A DNA stretch of 64,000 nt from Flavobacteriales bacterium. GTDB taxonomy: Bacteria > Bacteroidota > Bacteroidia > NS11-12g > UBA955. Below are positions 61,404 through 64,000 of this stretch, in pieces (within the stretch, counting starts at the first letter, position 1; every line of letters starts with the position of its first letter). The position numbers and the translations under genes are program-made. The notes below the pieces were generated by a model. It saw nothing but the letters and a program-made list of their open reading frames with translations. It ran no database searches and had not been told where the DNA came from. Location of the stretch: contig CANMCY010000001.1 of NCBI GenBank assembly GCA_947496375.1, positions 70,756 to 134,755 on the forward strand, given 5' to 3'.

Positions 61404-62714
61404 ATGGCGAATTCAGTGGCTTTTTACACGCTGGGATGCAAACTCAATTTTGCAGAAACAGGAACCATTGGCAAGCAATTGACGGAGCGTGGTTTTGTTC
61501 GTGCGGAGTTTACCGACGGTGCAGACATGTACGTAATCAATACCTGCAGTGTTACCGACCATGCAGACCGTAAATGTAAAAAGGTAGTGGCCGAGGCCCT
61601 ACGTCATAATCCGGATGCATACATAGTGGTAGTTGGCTGTTATGCACAGCTTAAGCCGGTGGAAATTTCCCGCATACCCGGCGTAGATTTGGTGTTGGGG
61701 GCTGCAGAGAAATTTAATCTGATGGCCCATCTGGGTGAATTGCGCAAAGAATCAGAAGCCCGGGTATTGAATGCCCCCATCAAAGAAACGCGCGATTTTG
61801 TGCCTGGTTTTAGCGAGGGAGAGCGCACCCGTGCCTTTGTGAAAGTGCAGGACGGCTGTGATTACTTTTGTTCGTTTTGCACCATCCCATTGGCCCGTGG
61901 CAGCAGCCGCAGCGCCAACATAGCCGAAACGACAGAAAAAATAAGGCAGGTAGCCAATGGTACTGTCCGGGAAATTGTTCTGACGGGTGTAAATCTTGGC
62001 GATTTTGGAATAAACCACAACGAGGATTTTTATGGTTTAATCACCGAACTTGATAAGTTGGCGGAGGTAGATCGTTTTCGCATTAGCAGTATTGAGCCCA
62101 ATTTGCTTACCGATGAAATTATTGAATTTGTAGCCGGTTCGCAACGTTTTGTTCCCCATTTTCACATACCGCTCCAAAGTGGCAGTGACGAAATACTGGG
62201 CAGAATGCGCCGCCGATATAAAACAGATTTATACAAAAGCCGTATTGAACGGATTATGGAACTCATGCCGCATTGTGCGATTGGTGTGGATGTGATTGTC
62301 GGTTTTCCGGGTGAAACTGAAGAGGAGTTCTTGAAAACCTATCAGTTTCTCAATGAGCTTGAAGTATCTTATCTTCATGTTTTTCCTTACAGTGAGCGGC
62401 CTAACACCACTGCGAAAAAAATGCAGGGTCGCGTTCCGCAGTCTGTGCGACACGAGCGGGTAACCATGCTGAGAACCCTGAGCGAGAAAAAACGGCAGGC
62501 ATTTTACCGAAAGCATCTGGGCACCAAGCGTACAGTGCTTTTTGAAGCAGATGAAAAAGGGGGCTTTATGCACGGTTTTACCGACAATTATATCAAAATG
62601 AAAGCAGTTTACGATCCTTTGCTGGTGAATGAATTGACGGAAATTTCCCTGGACGCGATGAATGACGATGGTACCGTTAGCAGTATGCTTGATTTAGCCA
62701 TTCTCCACCCTTAA
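61404..62714 (+). CDS. mtaB: tRNA t6A37 methylthiotransferase
   Basis: TLGCKLNFAET, INTCSVT, KVQDGCDYFCSFC, HVFPYSERPNT; TAATTTTG at 61388-61395. Confidence 0.93.
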   Translation: MANSVAFYTLGCKLNFAETGTIGKQLTERGFVRAEFTDGADMYVINTCSVTDHADRKCKKVVAEALRHNPDAYIVVVGCYAQLKPVEISRIPGVDLVLGAAEKFNLMAHLGELRKESEARVLNAPIKETRDFVPGFSEGERTRAFVKVQDGCDYFCSFCTIPLARGSSRSANIAETTEKIRQVANGTVREIVLTGVNLGDFGINHNEDFYGLITELDKLAEVDRFRISSIEPNLLTDEIIEFVAGSQRFVPHFHIPLQSGSDEILGRMRRRYKTDLYKSRIERIMELMPHCAIGVDVIVGFPGETEEEFLKTYQFLNELEVSYLHVFPYSERPNTTAKKMQGRVPQSVRHERVTMLRTLSEKKRQAFYRKHLGTKRTVLFEADEKGGFMHGFTDNYIKMKAVYDPLLVNELTEISLDAMNDDGTVSSMLDLAILHP

Positions 62715-62723
62715 TTTGCAGTT

Positions 62724-63917
62724 GTGTTTCCCACCTTATATCATTTTATCAGGGATGTATTCGGAATAGAGATTCCGGCCCTACAAATTCTCAATACTTT
62801 CGGTTTTTTTGTTGCCCTTTCCATTGCAGGCGCTTTTTGGGCAATGTCTACCGAAATGAGAAGAAGAACAGCGCTTGGACAGTTTAAGACGGTAGAAGTA
62901 AAAAGCAGGGTTGGTGCGCCCTATCCGCTGTCTGATTACATAGTCAACGGCATTTTTGCTTTTGTTTTTGGATATAAAATTCTATTCCTCATGTTTTCCG
63001 GAAAGGATGGTTTTGTTCCGCAGGAGCACATTTTTACAACCGAAGGCAACTGGATGTATGGTTTATTGTCTGCCTTGGTGGTACTCGGCTGGCGATACCG
63101 CAACGATTTAAAACAAAGATTGCCGGAACCCAGAGTGGAAGTGCAAACGCAATCTGCTGAATGGCACATGGGAAATATCACCACGATAGCGTTGCTGTCG
63201 GGTTTTGCAGGAGCCAAGCTGTTTCATATTCTTGAAAATCCTTCAGGGCTGAGTCTGTTGGCCATTGCTGATGCATTTTTTAGCACCGGCGGTTGGACAT
63301 TCTACGGCGGTCTCATTGCAGGTGGGGCAGGGGTGTTAATTTACTGCTATCGAAAAGGCATCAATTTGTTGCGTATGCTCGATGCCGGTGGGCCGGCCAT
63401 GTTGCTATCCTATGGAATTGGTCGTTTTGGATGTCAGTTTTCAGGCGATGGTGACTGGGGTATTGCCAACACCGGCCCAAAACCCTTAGCATGGATTCCC
63501 GACTGGGCGTGGAGCTATACCTATCCTCACAATGTGTTAGGCGGTCAATCGGGGGGAATGGCACCGGAAGGCATGATTCCAATACCGGGTTGCACTGGCG
63601 ATTATTGCTATGAGCTTGCCGTGCCTGTTTATCCCACCCCACTGTATGAAGCCCTGATGGGGTTGCTGCTGTTTTTTGTTTTATGGAAGTTTCTGCGTCA
63701 TCGCATTCAGGCCCCCGGGAAGCTATTTGCCTGTTATATGGTGTTTGCAGGTGCAGAACGTTTTCTGATTGAGGCCATTCGCGAGCACGGTGAGAGTTTA
63801 TATAGTCTGGGCTCAGTTACCTTTTCTCAGGCACAGATGATATCGCTTCTGTTAATGCTGGGAGGAGTGCTTTGGTTGTTAAAAAAGCCATCCACCGAAA
63901 AAATAAATGTTCAGTAA
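62724..63917 (+). CDS. lgt: Prolipoprotein diacylglyceryl transferase (long Bacteroidota form)
   Basis: GAKLFH, TFYGGL, GIGRFGC, YPTPLYE, ERFLIEAIR, SQAQMIS. Confidence 0.88.
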   Translation: MFPTLYHFIRDVFGIEIPALQILNTFGFFVALSIAGAFWAMSTEMRRRTALGQFKTVEVKSRVGAPYPLSDYIVNGIFAFVFGYKILFLMFSGKDGFVPQEHIFTTEGNWMYGLLSALVVLGWRYRNDLKQRLPEPRVEVQTQSAEWHMGNITTIALLSGFAGAKLFHILENPSGLSLLAIADAFFSTGGWTFYGGLIAGGAGVLIYCYRKGINLLRMLDAGGPAMLLSYGIGRFGCQFSGDGDWGIANTGPKPLAWIPDWAWSYTYPHNVLGGQSGGMAPEGMIPIPGCTGDYCYELAVPVYPTPLYEALMGLLLFFVLWKFLRHRIQAPGKLFACYMVFAGAERFLIEAIREHGESLYSLGSVTFSQAQMISLLLMLGGVLWLLKKPSTEKINVQ

Positions 63918-64000
63918 ATACGTTGTAATGAGAGGAATGCGGATATACACAGGGTTTTTGTTTCTTTTCATTTTAATGGGAGCAAACAGAATATCGGCAC
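63907..64000 (+). CDS. 5' fragment of a probable exported protein (truncated by window end)
   Basis: MFSKYVVMRGMRIYTGFLFLFILMGANRISA is signal-peptide-like; start codon uncertain. Confidence 0.45.
   Translation, partial: MFSKYVVMRGMRIYTGFLFLFILMGANRISA

Overview
Gene-dense chromosomal segment of a Bacteroidota bacterium, indicated by TAnnTTTG promoter elements, type IX secretion (T9SS) C-terminal domains, and Gln after many predicted signal-peptide cleavage sites. Housekeeping content: rpmH-rnpA-yidD, rpsF-rpsR-rplI, two skp/ompH, murI, uvrC, pabB-like, truB, murB, radA, nfu, gmhA, dsbD, lysC, fbp, recO, hscA, mtaB and lgt. It also carries a split carotenoid pathway (crtZ-crtI-crtB ... cruF-crtD) and eight T9SS-CTD genes. 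Two loci stand out. (1) A three-gene operon (53974-58593) in which a TonB-dependent receptor with a heme-receptor-like FRAP motif is flanked by two homologous double-HmuY-like proteins, one lipid-anchored and one with a T9SS sorting domain; this is a candidate secreted-hemophore relay. (2) A 12.6-kb tandem array (37080-49698) of three GEVED/PKD/CUB/DUF5011 T9SS surface proteins, whose middle copy looks like an out-of-register crossover hybrid and shares a 286-bp near-identical CTD+terminator block with copy 1. I recognised no rRNA, tRNA, CRISPR array, transposase, integrase or reverse transcriptase. All family assignments come from motif recognition by eye, not database searches.
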